Counted from the stretch's first letter, positions 8,798-17,110 are shown. The stretch: DNA of 64,000 nt from Patescibacteria group bacterium (GCA_022574775.1 JACZRI010000002.1:74303-138302); one strand, 5' to 3'. The notes: a model not told the origin generated them from the sequence alone. Numbers and translations: made by a program.

Positions 8798-9481
8798 CTA
8801 TTCCAAATCGGCTAATGCCTGATCTACTGTCGCCTTGAGGACTGAATAAGGAACTGCTCCTGGAATAGATTGCCCATTTACAAAACTTCCTGGAGTTCCT
8901 CTTATTCCTGCTTTTATCCCTTCCTGATAATCAGCTTCTACCTTATCTTTATACTTTCTGGAAGAAACGCAATCATTAAACTGGTCTGCATTTACTCCAA
9001 TTTGAGCAGCTAATTCTTTATAAAAGCTGTTTCCCAATCTTGCTTGGTTTTCAAATAAACCATCAGAAAACTGCCAGAATCCATCATTCCCTTTTTGCTC
9101 CCAGATGCACTCTGAAGCTTCAGCTGCTGGCCTTGCCTGGGCATGAATTTGGTCCAGAGGAAAGTGTTTGTATACCCAGCGAACCTGGCCAGAATAATCT
9201 GCTAAAATCTGCTGCACAGTTGGATGAAACCTACTACAAAATGGGCACTCATAATCAGAAAATTCAACAATAGTTACTGGAGCTTCAAAATCTCCCCGGA
9301 TATGATTTTGTTCTGTAATGGTAGTTCCTTGAGTTGAACCAGGTTGCGTTTGACTTCCGGTGGATGCAGAGGAGCCTGGCGATTGAAAAGATTGTTGAGG
9401 ACTTTTTGTATAAACAATGGCTCCTGCGATAATCAAAAAACCTATGATTACTGAAATTGGTAAATATAATTTTTCGTTCAT
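8798..9481 (-). CDS. DsbA-family thiol:disulfide oxidoreductase
   Basis: Signal anchor plus DYECPFCSRFHP (CPFC) and a DsbA-type helical insertion. Confidence 0.85.
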   Translation of the reverse strand: MNEKLYLPISVIIGFLIIAGAIVYTKSPQQSFQSPGSSASTGSQTQPGSTQGTTITEQNHIRGDFEAPVTIVEFSDYECPFCSRFHPTVQQILADYSGQVRWVYKHFPLDQIHAQARPAAEASECIWEQKGNDGFWQFSDGLFENQARLGNSFYKELAAQIGVNADQFNDCVSSRKYKDKVEADYQEGIKAGIRGTPGSFVNGQSIPGAVPYSVLKATVDQALADLE

Positions 9482-9498
9482 TGCGTTGTTTTAATTAG

Positions 9499-9528
9499 GG
9501 TGCGGGGTTCGAACTAGAACCCCGCACC
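9499..9528. other. perfect 12-bp GC-rich hairpin
   Basis: GGTGCGGGGTTC-GAACTA-GAACCCCGCACC, between the DUF362 stop and the dsbA-like start. Confidence 0.7.
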
Positions 9529-9613
9529 TTTAATATTAATCCGACCTTTTTATTAACTTGAGTTATTATTTTTCACTTTATCAAGTATTTTTAATTTTGA
9601 CAAGTCTCATTTT

Positions 9614-10525
9614 TTATCTCCAGTTAAGAATCTCTGGATACGAAGTAGGTTTCACAAGCTCTTTGCGGAGCGATTTAGGATCTTGTCCTATAATCTTCAT
9701 ATCCTTTGGCTCGATGGGTCCCAAACCTTTTTGATCTAAAAAATAAAGATAACCAATATCTGAAGGATTAAATCCCATTAAATAAGCAGCCAAGGCATCA
9801 GCAGCAACAGGATTCAAGGATGTTATAAGCCAGCCAAGATTGACTTCATTACCTTCGGTTGGACCGTTCCCCTCCATAGCTTGCGTACCATCAATTATAG
9901 CTAATTGAGCTGGATGCTCAATATAAACATCAGCTATGCTCATATGAGCTGGCTTGTATCCGGTATGAAGCCACGGCCAACGCGCATGAATCCCAGAAAA
10001 AGATAAAGGAACCACCATAGACCCTACCACATGAGTTTTAATAGAAAGAGATACGGTATAGTAAAGGTGCATTTTGGCTGGGACTATCACGATATTCATA
10101 TCAGATTCAGCCACGGTCTTTGAAAAACCCAAAGGCCGTTTTTTCATTTCTGCGGTGTAAGCATAGCTTTCAATAGTCTGATCATCATTTAAATCTATGA
10201 ATTTAATGTTGCCGGACCTCTCAAGCGATTGATAATTAAACGCTTCAAAGGCTTTTTTTGTGTCATGGTAACTCGCATCTCCTATCAGGGTCTCATCTCC
10301 ACGCAAGAGCGAGATATGATCTAACACCCCTCTTACTGCGTCCACATGAGTGGAAGCAATTTGCCTGTGATGGGTAACAAAGTTTGGATGAAGAAAAATC
10401 TGTCTGGCTTTTTTTATTCGCTCAGTAAAATCTTCTCCTAAAGCATTCAAAGCTCTCCTCACCATTTCCCGCCGGTCGCTCCCGGTTACCAAAACAACAG
10501 TTTTGTTTAATTGATCTTGTTTCAT
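9614..10525 (-). CDS. DUF362-domain protein
   Basis: 303-aa ORF with the overall DUF362 pattern (VLVTGSDR..., IVIVPAKMH, IIDGTQAMEGNGP). Confidence 0.7.
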   Translation of the reverse strand: MKQDQLNKTVVLVTGSDRREMVRRALNALGEDFTERIKKARQIFLHPNFVTHHRQIASTHVDAVRGVLDHISLLRGDETLIGDASYHDTKKAFEAFNYQSLERSGNIKFIDLNDDQTIESYAYTAEMKKRPLGFSKTVAESDMNIVIVPAKMHLYYTVSLSIKTHVVGSMVVPLSFSGIHARWPWLHTGYKPAHMSIADVYIEHPAQLAIIDGTQAMEGNGPTEGNEVNLGWLITSLNPVAADALAAYLMGFNPSDIGYLYFLDQKGLGPIEPKDMKIIGQDPKSLRKELVKPTSYPEILNWR

Positions 10526-10652
10526 GATTTCACTTTTTTAGTTTATCAAAAAAAAGGCCCTCTCGTCAATTTAGAAAATAAAAAAGCCATAAATCACGTA
10601 GGATTCATGGCGAAGTAAACAAGTTTTACTTATTTTCGCTTGAAAATAGTTT

Positions 10653-10853
10653 TTATCCTATCCTTCGAAGTTCTTCGGTAGTCATTTTATCCCATCCCAT
10701 TTTCCCCAAAAGCTCTTTCCTTTGTATACTAAGATCTTCTATTTCAGAAGGATCCATTTCATCGGTACGTTCAAGGTTATGTTTCCCAAAAAGCCTTTCT
10801 AGAATTTTAAACCTCTGCATAAAATCTTGGTTATCTGTTCTTGTCGTTGTCAA
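10653..10853 (-). CDS. hypothetical small protein
   Basis: 66-aa ORF overlapping the NUDIX stop by 4 nt. No family recognised. Confidence 0.4.
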   Translation of the reverse strand: MTTTRTDNQDFMQRFKILERLFGKHNLERTDEMDPSEIEDLSIQRKELLGKMGWDKMTTEELRRIG

Positions 10854-11281
10854 AGTGCTTCACCTCCTTTTTGATTTTCCAAGAGGGCTTTCACGAGTTG
10901 TCTGTCTGCCTCAATAATATCAAATTTTGATAAATCTTCAATTTTTACCCATTCAAGACTATCGTGAACTCTCAAAGAGAGTATACCCTCTAAAATCATG
11001 CACCAAAAGCTGAAAAATCGGTGTTTTTTTCTATCTGACCGATGATAATCATATTCAAAAACGATAAAAGATTGTACTTCTTGAACTCTGATTCCAAGTT
11101 CCTCAAGAAGCTCACGCCTCAGACAATCTTCGGCTGTCTCCCCAGGATCTATTTTCCCGCCAGGAAACTCCCACTTTCCAGCATGAGATTGGTTTTGAGC
11201 TCTTCTAACAATTAAAATATTTTGTCCTTCTTGGATAATTGCGGCAGTCACATTAATGTAGTCTCTATCCTCCTCTGACAT
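10850..11281 (-). CDS. NUDIX hydrolase (MutT-like)
   Basis: Nudix box GKWEFPGGKIDPGETAEDCLRRELLEELGI. Confidence 0.85.
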   Translation of the reverse strand: MSEEDRDYINVTAAIIQEGQNILIVRRAQNQSHAGKWEFPGGKIDPGETAEDCLRRELLEELGIRVQEVQSFIVFEYDYHRSDRKKHRFFSFWCMILEGILSLRVHDSLEWVKIEDLSKFDIIEADRQLVKALLENQKGGEAL

Positions 11282-11367
11282 CTCGCTCCTCTCTTGACGA
11301 AATTGTTAAAGTCCTATCCCCTCTTTTTTTAATTTACAAGCTTTTAAGAAATGAGTCAATACAAAGA

Positions 11368-12045
11368 TTACCGAGCTGTAAACCAGCGATTGGCAGCAGG
11401 AGGATAAATCTTTGTGAGCGGATGCAATTTGCAGTCGTGCTCTCTTGCAGGACAAACTTTTCTTCCATATGTAACCATCAGATACGAAAAACTTAACCAC
11501 TCTCTCTTTGGTAAAAGCTTTATAAGGTCTTTTTCGATTTTGTTTGGATCTTTTGAGTCTGTTAAATCAAATTTAAGAGAAAAGCGCCTTACATGAGTAT
11601 CAACAGCAATCCCCTCCACAATTCCATAAGCTGTACCTAAAATAATGTTTGCTGTTTTTCTCCCGACTCCCGGAAGGGAGATTAATTCTTCCATACTTTT
11701 TGGGATCTTTCCTTTATATTTTTCTTTAATAATATTTGCAGCAGTTAATATATTTTTTGCTTTAGTTTTATAAAGTCCTATTTTTTTAATATCCTCTTCA
11801 AATCCTTTAAGCTTGGCTGTCGCATAGTCATTCAATCTCTTGTATTTTTGAAATAAATTAGTTGTAACCTCATTAACTTTCTTATCAGTCGTTTGAGCTG
11901 AAAGAACAACAGATACGAGTAATTCCCAGTTATTGCGATAATGCAAAGCAATCTTTGCTTTTGGGAATAATCTCTTAAGCTCTTTTATAATCGCAATTGC
12001 CCTTTTTTTTCGTTCTTTTAATTTTTTAGCTTCTTTATCGTTCAT
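11368..12045 (-). CDS. nth: endonuclease III
   Basis: HhH-GPD fold: LISLPGVGRKTANIILG ... VDTHVRR. The C-terminal Cys cluster region appears reduced. Confidence 0.9.
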   Translation of the reverse strand: MNDKEAKKLKERKKRAIAIIKELKRLFPKAKIALHYRNNWELLVSVVLSAQTTDKKVNEVTTNLFQKYKRLNDYATAKLKGFEEDIKKIGLYKTKAKNILTAANIIKEKYKGKIPKSMEELISLPGVGRKTANIILGTAYGIVEGIAVDTHVRRFSLKFDLTDSKDPNKIEKDLIKLLPKREWLSFSYLMVTYGRKVCPAREHDCKLHPLTKIYPPAANRWFTAR

Positions 12046-12118
12046 TTTATAAAATGGTTCTTACACATCAAGCGCAATGTATGCCATAGATTTTAAAAGT
12101 TTTTTTAATCATGATACG

Positions 12119-12393
12119 TAAGAGTACAAGGTTCGAACCAGAATAAATTGAGCGGAGCGAATTCAGGTAAGATTCGAGGCGCGAGGAATGACGCGATGCC
12201 AAAGTGCATCGTAAACGACGAGCAACAAAGAAGCTTACCTGAATTCACCCGCCTGAAGGGAAACTGAAAAATGGCTGATTTCTTTGTTGCTCCTCCTTGA
12301 AGTAGTTTCTAACTACTCCTTTGTCGTCGCGTCGCGAAATCACCTCATTTTTCAGTTTCTCAATCTGATTTTGGTTCGAATCCTGTACTCTTA
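12119..12393. repeat. GC-rich 275-nt rod-like palindromic element, copy A
   Basis: Termini TAAGAGTAC...GTACTCTTA with GGTTCGAACC next to each end. Nested inverted repeats include GAATTCAGGTAAG/CTTACCTGAATTC and GAAACTGAAAAATG/CATTTTTCAGTTTC. Colinear with copy B at 16502-16766. Confidence 0.85.
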
Positions 12394-12479
12394 AGCGCAA
12401 CTTGCCCCGCACTCTGAGTCAGACTCGGTGCCGCAGAGTGTATTCCATGAATTTTATATGTTTCTTTTTTCATTAACGC

Positions 12480-13172
12480 TTAAACAATCCAGGTTAAAAT
12501 TATAAGTATAGTGTAAACGCTTATTCCCAATAAAAAATATTCTGATCTTCCTTTAGCTTCTCTTGGGATAAAATCCATGATGACGATATAAAAGAAAGCC
12601 CCGATGACAAAAGCTAAAAGAATATGGTACAAAAAAGCATTTTCTAAAATCACTGAAGCTGAAAGTACTCCAAGAAAAGTAGCTAAAGTTAATAATATCC
12701 TGAAAAATTTTTGTTCGCGGATATGGACGTGGACTTCAACGAAAGAAACTCGGCTGACTGCCGCATAAAACAGTACTGGCATAAAAAGCAATAAACCATT
12801 GAAAATGCTTAATTTTAAGAAATCAACTAGAATAATTCCTATAATGAAATAGTACAAAAAGAAAATAAAAAAATGGATTTCTTTAAATCTAAAAAGACGT
12901 TCTTCTCCGGCAGTATGCTGATAAAAATATTTTTCTAAAACATGTATTAAACTGAATCCTAAAAGAATAAAGATAAATATCCATTGATTAATACTTGCCA
13001 CGCCTTTGTAAAGATCTGGTAAAAGATATAAAAAAACATAAGCTACCGAAGCACCGGCCACAAAAGACATTGTTTTGGCTTTTATCGTTTCTCTCTTAAA
13101 AAATATCTTTTCGTTCCAGAAATGAATCGCCCCTAAAAATAAACTGAAAAAAATAGCAATTAGCGCAGGCAT
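12480..13172 (-). CDS. polytopic membrane protein, weakly ZIP-transporter-like
   Basis: 230-aa hydrophobic ORF. The C-terminal GAFFYIVIMDFIPRE resembles the ZIP-family terminal helix. Weak call. Confidence 0.45.
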   Translation of the reverse strand: MPALIAIFFSLFLGAIHFWNEKIFFKRETIKAKTMSFVAGASVAYVFLYLLPDLYKGVASINQWIFIFILLGFSLIHVLEKYFYQHTAGEERLFRFKEIHFFIFFLYYFIIGIILVDFLKLSIFNGLLLFMPVLFYAAVSRVSFVEVHVHIREQKFFRILLTLATFLGVLSASVILENAFLYHILLAFVIGAFFYIVIMDFIPREAKGRSEYFLLGISVYTILIILTWIV

Positions 13173-13993
13173 AATTGTTTAGTTTCTTCTTGAAGTTTTC
13201 GGGTAATATTTGACTGAAGGCCAGTTAATCGAACTAAATCGTGGAGGGAATATTTTAATAAATCTTTTGCTAACACAATTCTTTTTTTGGCAAGCATTTC
13301 TTTGGCATATTTAGTAAGCGAGGGTAAAATAGTGATGGGATAAAGCCCCTTTTTCTCAATTAAGCACTCTAAACTTTTATCTTTAGGATAACGCCAGCTA
13401 ATAATTTTTAACCCGGCACAACGAGCATAGCGAATTGCTTCACTTGTGCATTTAGTATTAGTTACCAACCAAGCCTGATGGAAAAAGTATTGATGGCCAG
13501 GCTTCTTTTCCCAAGCTTTTTTAACATCCAAAAATCTGGCATAAACATAAAGAGCTACTTTTACATCTGAACGGATGCCTCTGTTATTGTGATATTTGCA
13601 CTCAATCATAAAGTGTTTCTTTCCTTTTCGGACTACAACATCAATTTCGTGGCTAATACAATATCCTTTCACTATGCTTCCTACTTTTGTAGTATAGCCA
13701 TATTCTTTTAAAATCTCGGCAATATATTTTTCAAAAAGAAAACCTGCCGGTCCTAATTCCATTATAGCTCTTTTTAGATTATAACGAGCAGCCAAGATAG
13801 GATTTTCTTCTTGAAGACATTTCGTAGTTTGATCCAGAATTTCCCCTGAGTTCATTCCATGACGAATACTCTTTGCTACGGTTTTACAAACTTTTCCTGC
13901 CAATTTTGGCTGAACCCCAGCTCTTTTCAATGATTGATAAAGCTTTACCTTATTAAATTTTTCTTTTTCACCAGAAGCTTTTATTATATCCAT
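13160..13993 (-). CDS. ATP-cone domain / restriction-endonuclease-like (Mrr_cat-type) protein
   Basis: MDIIKASGEKEKFNKVKLYQSLKRAG (ATP-cone-like) followed by HEIDVVVRKGKKHFMIECKYH, a PD-(D/E)xK-like core. The track ORF extends to 14026. Confidence 0.65.
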   Translation of the reverse strand: MDIIKASGEKEKFNKVKLYQSLKRAGVQPKLAGKVCKTVAKSIRHGMNSGEILDQTTKCLQEENPILAARYNLKRAIMELGPAGFLFEKYIAEILKEYGYTTKVGSIVKGYCISHEIDVVVRKGKKHFMIECKYHNNRGIRSDVKVALYVYARFLDVKKAWEKKPGHQYFFHQAWLVTNTKCTSEAIRYARCAGLKIISWRYPKDKSLECLIEKKGLYPITILPSLTKYAKEMLAKKRIVLAKDLLKYSLHDLVRLTGLQSNITRKLQEETKQLCLR

Positions 13994-14072
13994 ATTACTG
14001 CTACTTTTTGGAAAACGCCGCGGCAAAATAAGCCCTTACTTTTTTCTGTATTGAATTTAATCCATCCACGAC

Positions 14073-14342
14073 TTATTTCTTTTTTGATAATTTATAAATT
14101 TCTAAAATTTCTTTGGCAGATTTTAACTTTTTGCCAGCCTTAATTTGCTCAATAACATAAGTTGATAGATGGTTCTCCAAAATTAAATCTTCAATGCTTG
14201 ACAGCGCTTGTTTTGCTGCTAACGACTGGTGAATAATATCTATACAGTATTTTTCTTTCTCAATCATTTTTTGAAGCCCTCTAATCTGACCTTCCAAAAT
14301 CTTTAATCTGTGTATTGTCCTATTTTTTATATTTTTTTCCAT
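14073..14342 (-). CDS. CsoR/RcnR-family metal-sensing transcriptional repressor
   Basis: 89-aa DUF156 pattern: LKILEGQIRGLQKMIEKEKYCIDIIHQSLAAKQAL. Confidence 0.85.
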   Translation of the reverse strand: MEKNIKNRTIHRLKILEGQIRGLQKMIEKEKYCIDIIHQSLAAKQALSSIEDLILENHLSTYVIEQIKAGKKLKSAKEILEIYKLSKKK

Positions 14343-14372
14343 ATGGAACGATAGAAAAGAACTGTGCTTTCA

Positions 14373-14393
14373 TAATACCCCTTAGGGGTATTA
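14373..14393. promoter_or_regulatory. CsoR-type operator palindrome
   Basis: TAATACCCC-TTA-GGGGTATTA, 30 nt upstream of the csoR-like start. G/C-tract inverted repeats of this kind are the known CsoR operator style. Confidence 0.7.
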
Positions 14394-14495
14394 CTATCAA
14401 CCTACCTGTACTGGCTGTGGTTATTCACAATAATGAACACTTCTTAGTTTTTATAGCAGTTTTTGCCGCTTATATTAGGATTCTGATACATCCAC

Positions 14496-14524
14496 TTGCA
14501 AGATGATGAGATATATACTATACT
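14496..14524 (+). promoter_or_regulatory. sigma-70-type promoter of the RRM gene
   Basis: TTGCAA, 17 nt, TATACT. Implies a 5' UTR of about 160 nt. Confidence 0.55.
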
Positions 14525-14589
14525 ACTCTTGCTGTTGTTGCATCTATGAAAAACCCATGCCGTAATTTTATCTGGTGTGGAGAGTAATA

Positions 14590-14666
14590 GTGCGCGGTCG
14601 AAACAAGAAAAAAGTTAACAATTATGTAAGTGCGTTCAGGTTATAGATTTTTATCATCCGCGCACC
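14590..14666 (+). promoter_or_regulatory. long-range hairpin in the RRM-gene 5' UTR
   Basis: GTGCGCGG at 14590-14598 pairs with CCGCGCAC at 14658-14665, just upstream of the ATG at 14693. Confidence 0.5.
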
Positions 14667-14692
14667 ATATCATATATCAATCAAATAGTATT

Positions 14693-15004
14693 ATGGCAAA
14701 GAAACTTTATATTGGGAGTCTTCCATACGAGACAACTGATGATCAGCTTAAAGAAATGTTCGGTAAAGCAGGAACCGTAGAGTCTGCAAAAATTATTACC
14801 GATAAGTTTTCCGGACGAAGTAAAGGTTTTGGTTTCGTGGAAATGTCATCTGACGAAGAAGCTCAAAAAGCTATTGAAACATTCAACGGATTCAAAATGG
14901 GCGAAAGAACGATCATAGTAAATGAAGCACGTCCAATGGAAGAACGTCCAAGACGTGATAGTTTTGGAGGAGGAAGAGATTCCAATCGAAGAGAAAGGTT
15001 TTAA
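14693..15004 (+). CDS. RRM-type RNA-binding protein
   Basis: RNP2 LYIGSL and RNP1 KGFGFVEM, with a Gly/Arg-rich tail. Start chosen at MAKKLYIG. Confidence 0.9.
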   Translation: MAKKLYIGSLPYETTDDQLKEMFGKAGTVESAKIITDKFSGRSKGFGFVEMSSDEEAQKAIETFNGFKMGERTIIVNEARPMEERPRRDSFGGGRDSNRRERF

Positions 15005-15037
15005 ACCAAATGGGGGTATAACATATACCAAACAAAA

Positions 15038-15067
15038 AGCCTCGTTAAAAGCGGGGCTTTTGTTTTT
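15038..15067 (+). terminator. rho-independent terminator of the RRM gene
   Basis: AGCCTCG-loop-CGGGGCT followed by TTTGTTTTT. Confidence 0.65.
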
Positions 15068-15162
15068 ATCCAGTTTATTGTCAAAAAAATCTGTATTCTA
15101 TCATACCCCGCATCCTCTTCCACCTCACCTTTCAGCTTCAGAGAAAGTATGGGGCTTGGCTC

Positions 15163-15191
15163 TTGACAAATTTGAAGTATGGGTGTACAAT
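15163..15191 (+). promoter_or_regulatory. near-consensus sigma-70 promoter of an orphan mini-transcript
   Basis: TTGACA, exactly 17 nt, TACAAT. Confidence 0.6.
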
Positions 15192-15300
15192 GGGGATAGT
15201 ACAAAAGAAAGGAGGAAAACGGCTATGCAAGTACTGTTCTCACAGTTTAAATAGTAGCTCAACGGCGCCGTGACCTGGCAAGTCGGTAAACTGCCAAACA

Positions 15301-15338
15301 AGGGGCTCCCATCTATTGACGGAGCCCCTTTAACTTTT
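15301..15338 (+). terminator. terminator of the orphan mini-transcript
   Basis: AGGGGCTCC-loop-GGAGCCCCT followed by TTAACTTTT. Confidence 0.65.
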
Positions 15339-15424
15339 CTTAAATCTTAATTTCTGTCTCAAAATTGAGGTAATTATCTTGATAAAGCTATAACTTCCTC
15401 AAACTCTATGGGGTGACAGGCTAA

Positions 15425-15466
15425 CCTCCATCTCTCAAGCTGATTCTGTTTCAAATCCTGTACTCT
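15425..15466. repeat. degenerate right-end fragment of the rod-like element
   Basis: CCTCCATCTCTCAAGCTGATTCTGTTTCAAATCCTGTACTCT aligns to the right end of copies A and B. A second fragment, CACCTCACCTTTCAGCTTC, lies at 15121-15139. Confidence 0.6.
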
Positions 15467-15484
15467 ATACCCACTGATGACTTT

Positions 15485-16474
15485 TTATTTTTTCTTTTGT
15501 AGCCACAAATAAATATCTTCTAGCGCTTTGACCGCATCCCCCATTGAGATATTGTTTTGTTTATAGAGAACGTCTGTTATATCACCAGCTGCCCACATAC
15601 CCTCAATAGCCGCTCTCTGCGTTTTGTGATCAACTAAAATCTGTCCCCATTTATCTAATCCGCCTTTCCATTCTTTAGGTGTTTGTTCTGCCACCCACCA
15701 AGTAGGTTTTTGAACAGACTCCAGAAGATCTTTTAAAAAATTAGAATCTGGAATAGAGCCAATTTCTACGAATACCCCTCCAACTGCAAGATCGGTAATT
15801 TTTCCACTCGCTCGATCTTTATACTTTAATCCTTCAACAAATACTTTCCCATAAATTTCAATTGTTTCTGCGCCGGTAATCGCTTTAAATTTTGGATCTC
15901 TTGAGACTTGCTCAAGCGTTAAAGCGTCTGCTTTAAACTCTGAACCGAATTCAAGAAGAGTAACTGAAGGAGAATAAGCAAGTAATTGTTGAGCAGCTTC
16001 AAAACCAGAGTTCCCGCCTCCGATCACTACCGTATCTTTTCCTTTGAACATTGGAGCGTCACAGGACGCGCAATAGGATATTCCTTTATTATCAAGACGG
16101 TCAGCGCCTATAGCCTTCAGCTTTCGCCGAGAACTCCCGGCTGCAACAAGAACTGCTTTAGCTTGATAGGTATTTTCTTTGTCGGTAGCAACCTTAAAAC
16201 CGTCGTTGCTTTTTTTCAAAGATTTTGCCAGTTCCCATTCTTTTATATCAAGTATATCTTCAGCATACGCCTCAAGATGTTTCTTAAAACGTTCTTGCAG
16301 TTCAAGACCCGGAAGAGAAACAATGCCTATAAAGTTTTGGATGTCTTGGGAAACAAGGGACTGGCCGCCAAACTCTTTCGCTATAAGCACTGTTTTAATT
16401 CTTTTTCTGGCGGCATATACCCCAGCTGCGGTGCCTGCCGGCCCCCCGCCGATTATAATAAGGTCATACGTCAT
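15485..16474 (-). CDS. thioredoxin-reductase-like FAD/NAD(P)-dependent disulfide oxidoreductase
   Basis: GGGPAG dinucleotide motif and redox-active CASC. Carries an unusual insertion (QKPTWWVAEQTPKEWKGGLDKWGQ) before the C-terminal FAD motif. Confidence 0.8.
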   Translation of the reverse strand: MTYDLIIIGGGPAGTAAGVYAARKRIKTVLIAKEFGGQSLVSQDIQNFIGIVSLPGLELQERFKKHLEAYAEDILDIKEWELAKSLKKSNDGFKVATDKENTYQAKAVLVAAGSSRRKLKAIGADRLDNKGISYCASCDAPMFKGKDTVVIGGGNSGFEAAQQLLAYSPSVTLLEFGSEFKADALTLEQVSRDPKFKAITGAETIEIYGKVFVEGLKYKDRASGKITDLAVGGVFVEIGSIPDSNFLKDLLESVQKPTWWVAEQTPKEWKGGLDKWGQILVDHKTQRAAIEGMWAAGDITDVLYKQNNISMGDAVKALEDIYLWLQKKK

Positions 16475-16501
16475 AAAGTTATTTAAATGTTTAAGAGTAC
16501 A

Positions 16502-16766
16502 GGGTTCGAACCAGAGTCAATTGAGCGGAGCGAATTCAGGCAAGATTCGAGGCGTCGAGGAGTGATGCGATGCCGAAGCGCATCGTGAGCGACGAGCAAC
16601 AAAGAAGCTTGCCTGAATTCACCCGCCCGAAGGGAAGCTAAAAAATGGCTGATTTCTTTGTTGCTCCTCCTCGAAGTAGTTTCCAACTACTCCTTTGTCG
16701 TCGCGTCGTGAAATCACCTCATCTTTCAGCTTCTCAAGCTGATTTTGGTTCGAATCCTGCACTCCT
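16502..16766. repeat. GC-rich rod-like palindromic element, copy B
   Basis: Colinear with copy A. Carries paired substitutions that keep the stems (CAGGCAAG/CTTGCCTG versus CAGGTAAG/CTTACCTG; GAAGCT/AGCTTC versus GAAACT/AGTTTC). Confidence 0.85.
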
Positions 16767-17110
16767 GACACTAATTATTAGTATAAAGGCGGAAACGAGA
16801 ATCGCAAATGTAATAATGCCGACATTAATTTTAAAAAAATCCTTATAAAAAGTTCGTTGAACGGCGGTCAGAGAAATTCTTAGAATAAACATGCCTTTGT
16901 AATTTGGTTTTAGTTCTTTCATGTTTATTATTAGATTTATAATATCATTAATTAAAATAATACTCTATAATCTGGGCATGGAATTCGAAACACCAGAATA
17001 ATTCACATATATTTATTATTCGTTCTTTTTAATTTTTTTTGCTTGCCCAGTTGCAAGCCGACCTGCCCTGCAGAGAAAGTCGCGCAAAAGATGAGTAGTT
17101 ATTCCTTATT

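Noticed and set aside
12119-12393. The GGTTCGAATCC / GGTTCGAACC boxes at the ends of the rod-like element looked like tRNA T-arms, suggesting tRNA genes or an intron-containing tRNA.
   Set aside because: No 5-bp T-stem, acceptor stem, D-arm or anticodon arm can be drawn. The boxes are simply part of the terminal inverted repeats.
16734-16922. 62-aa ORF (MKELKPNYKGMFILRISLTAV...) as a real small membrane protein gene.
   Set aside because: It is possibly a remnant. Its last 11 codons are the right end of rod-element copy B and it has no recognisable RBS, so it is left unannotated.
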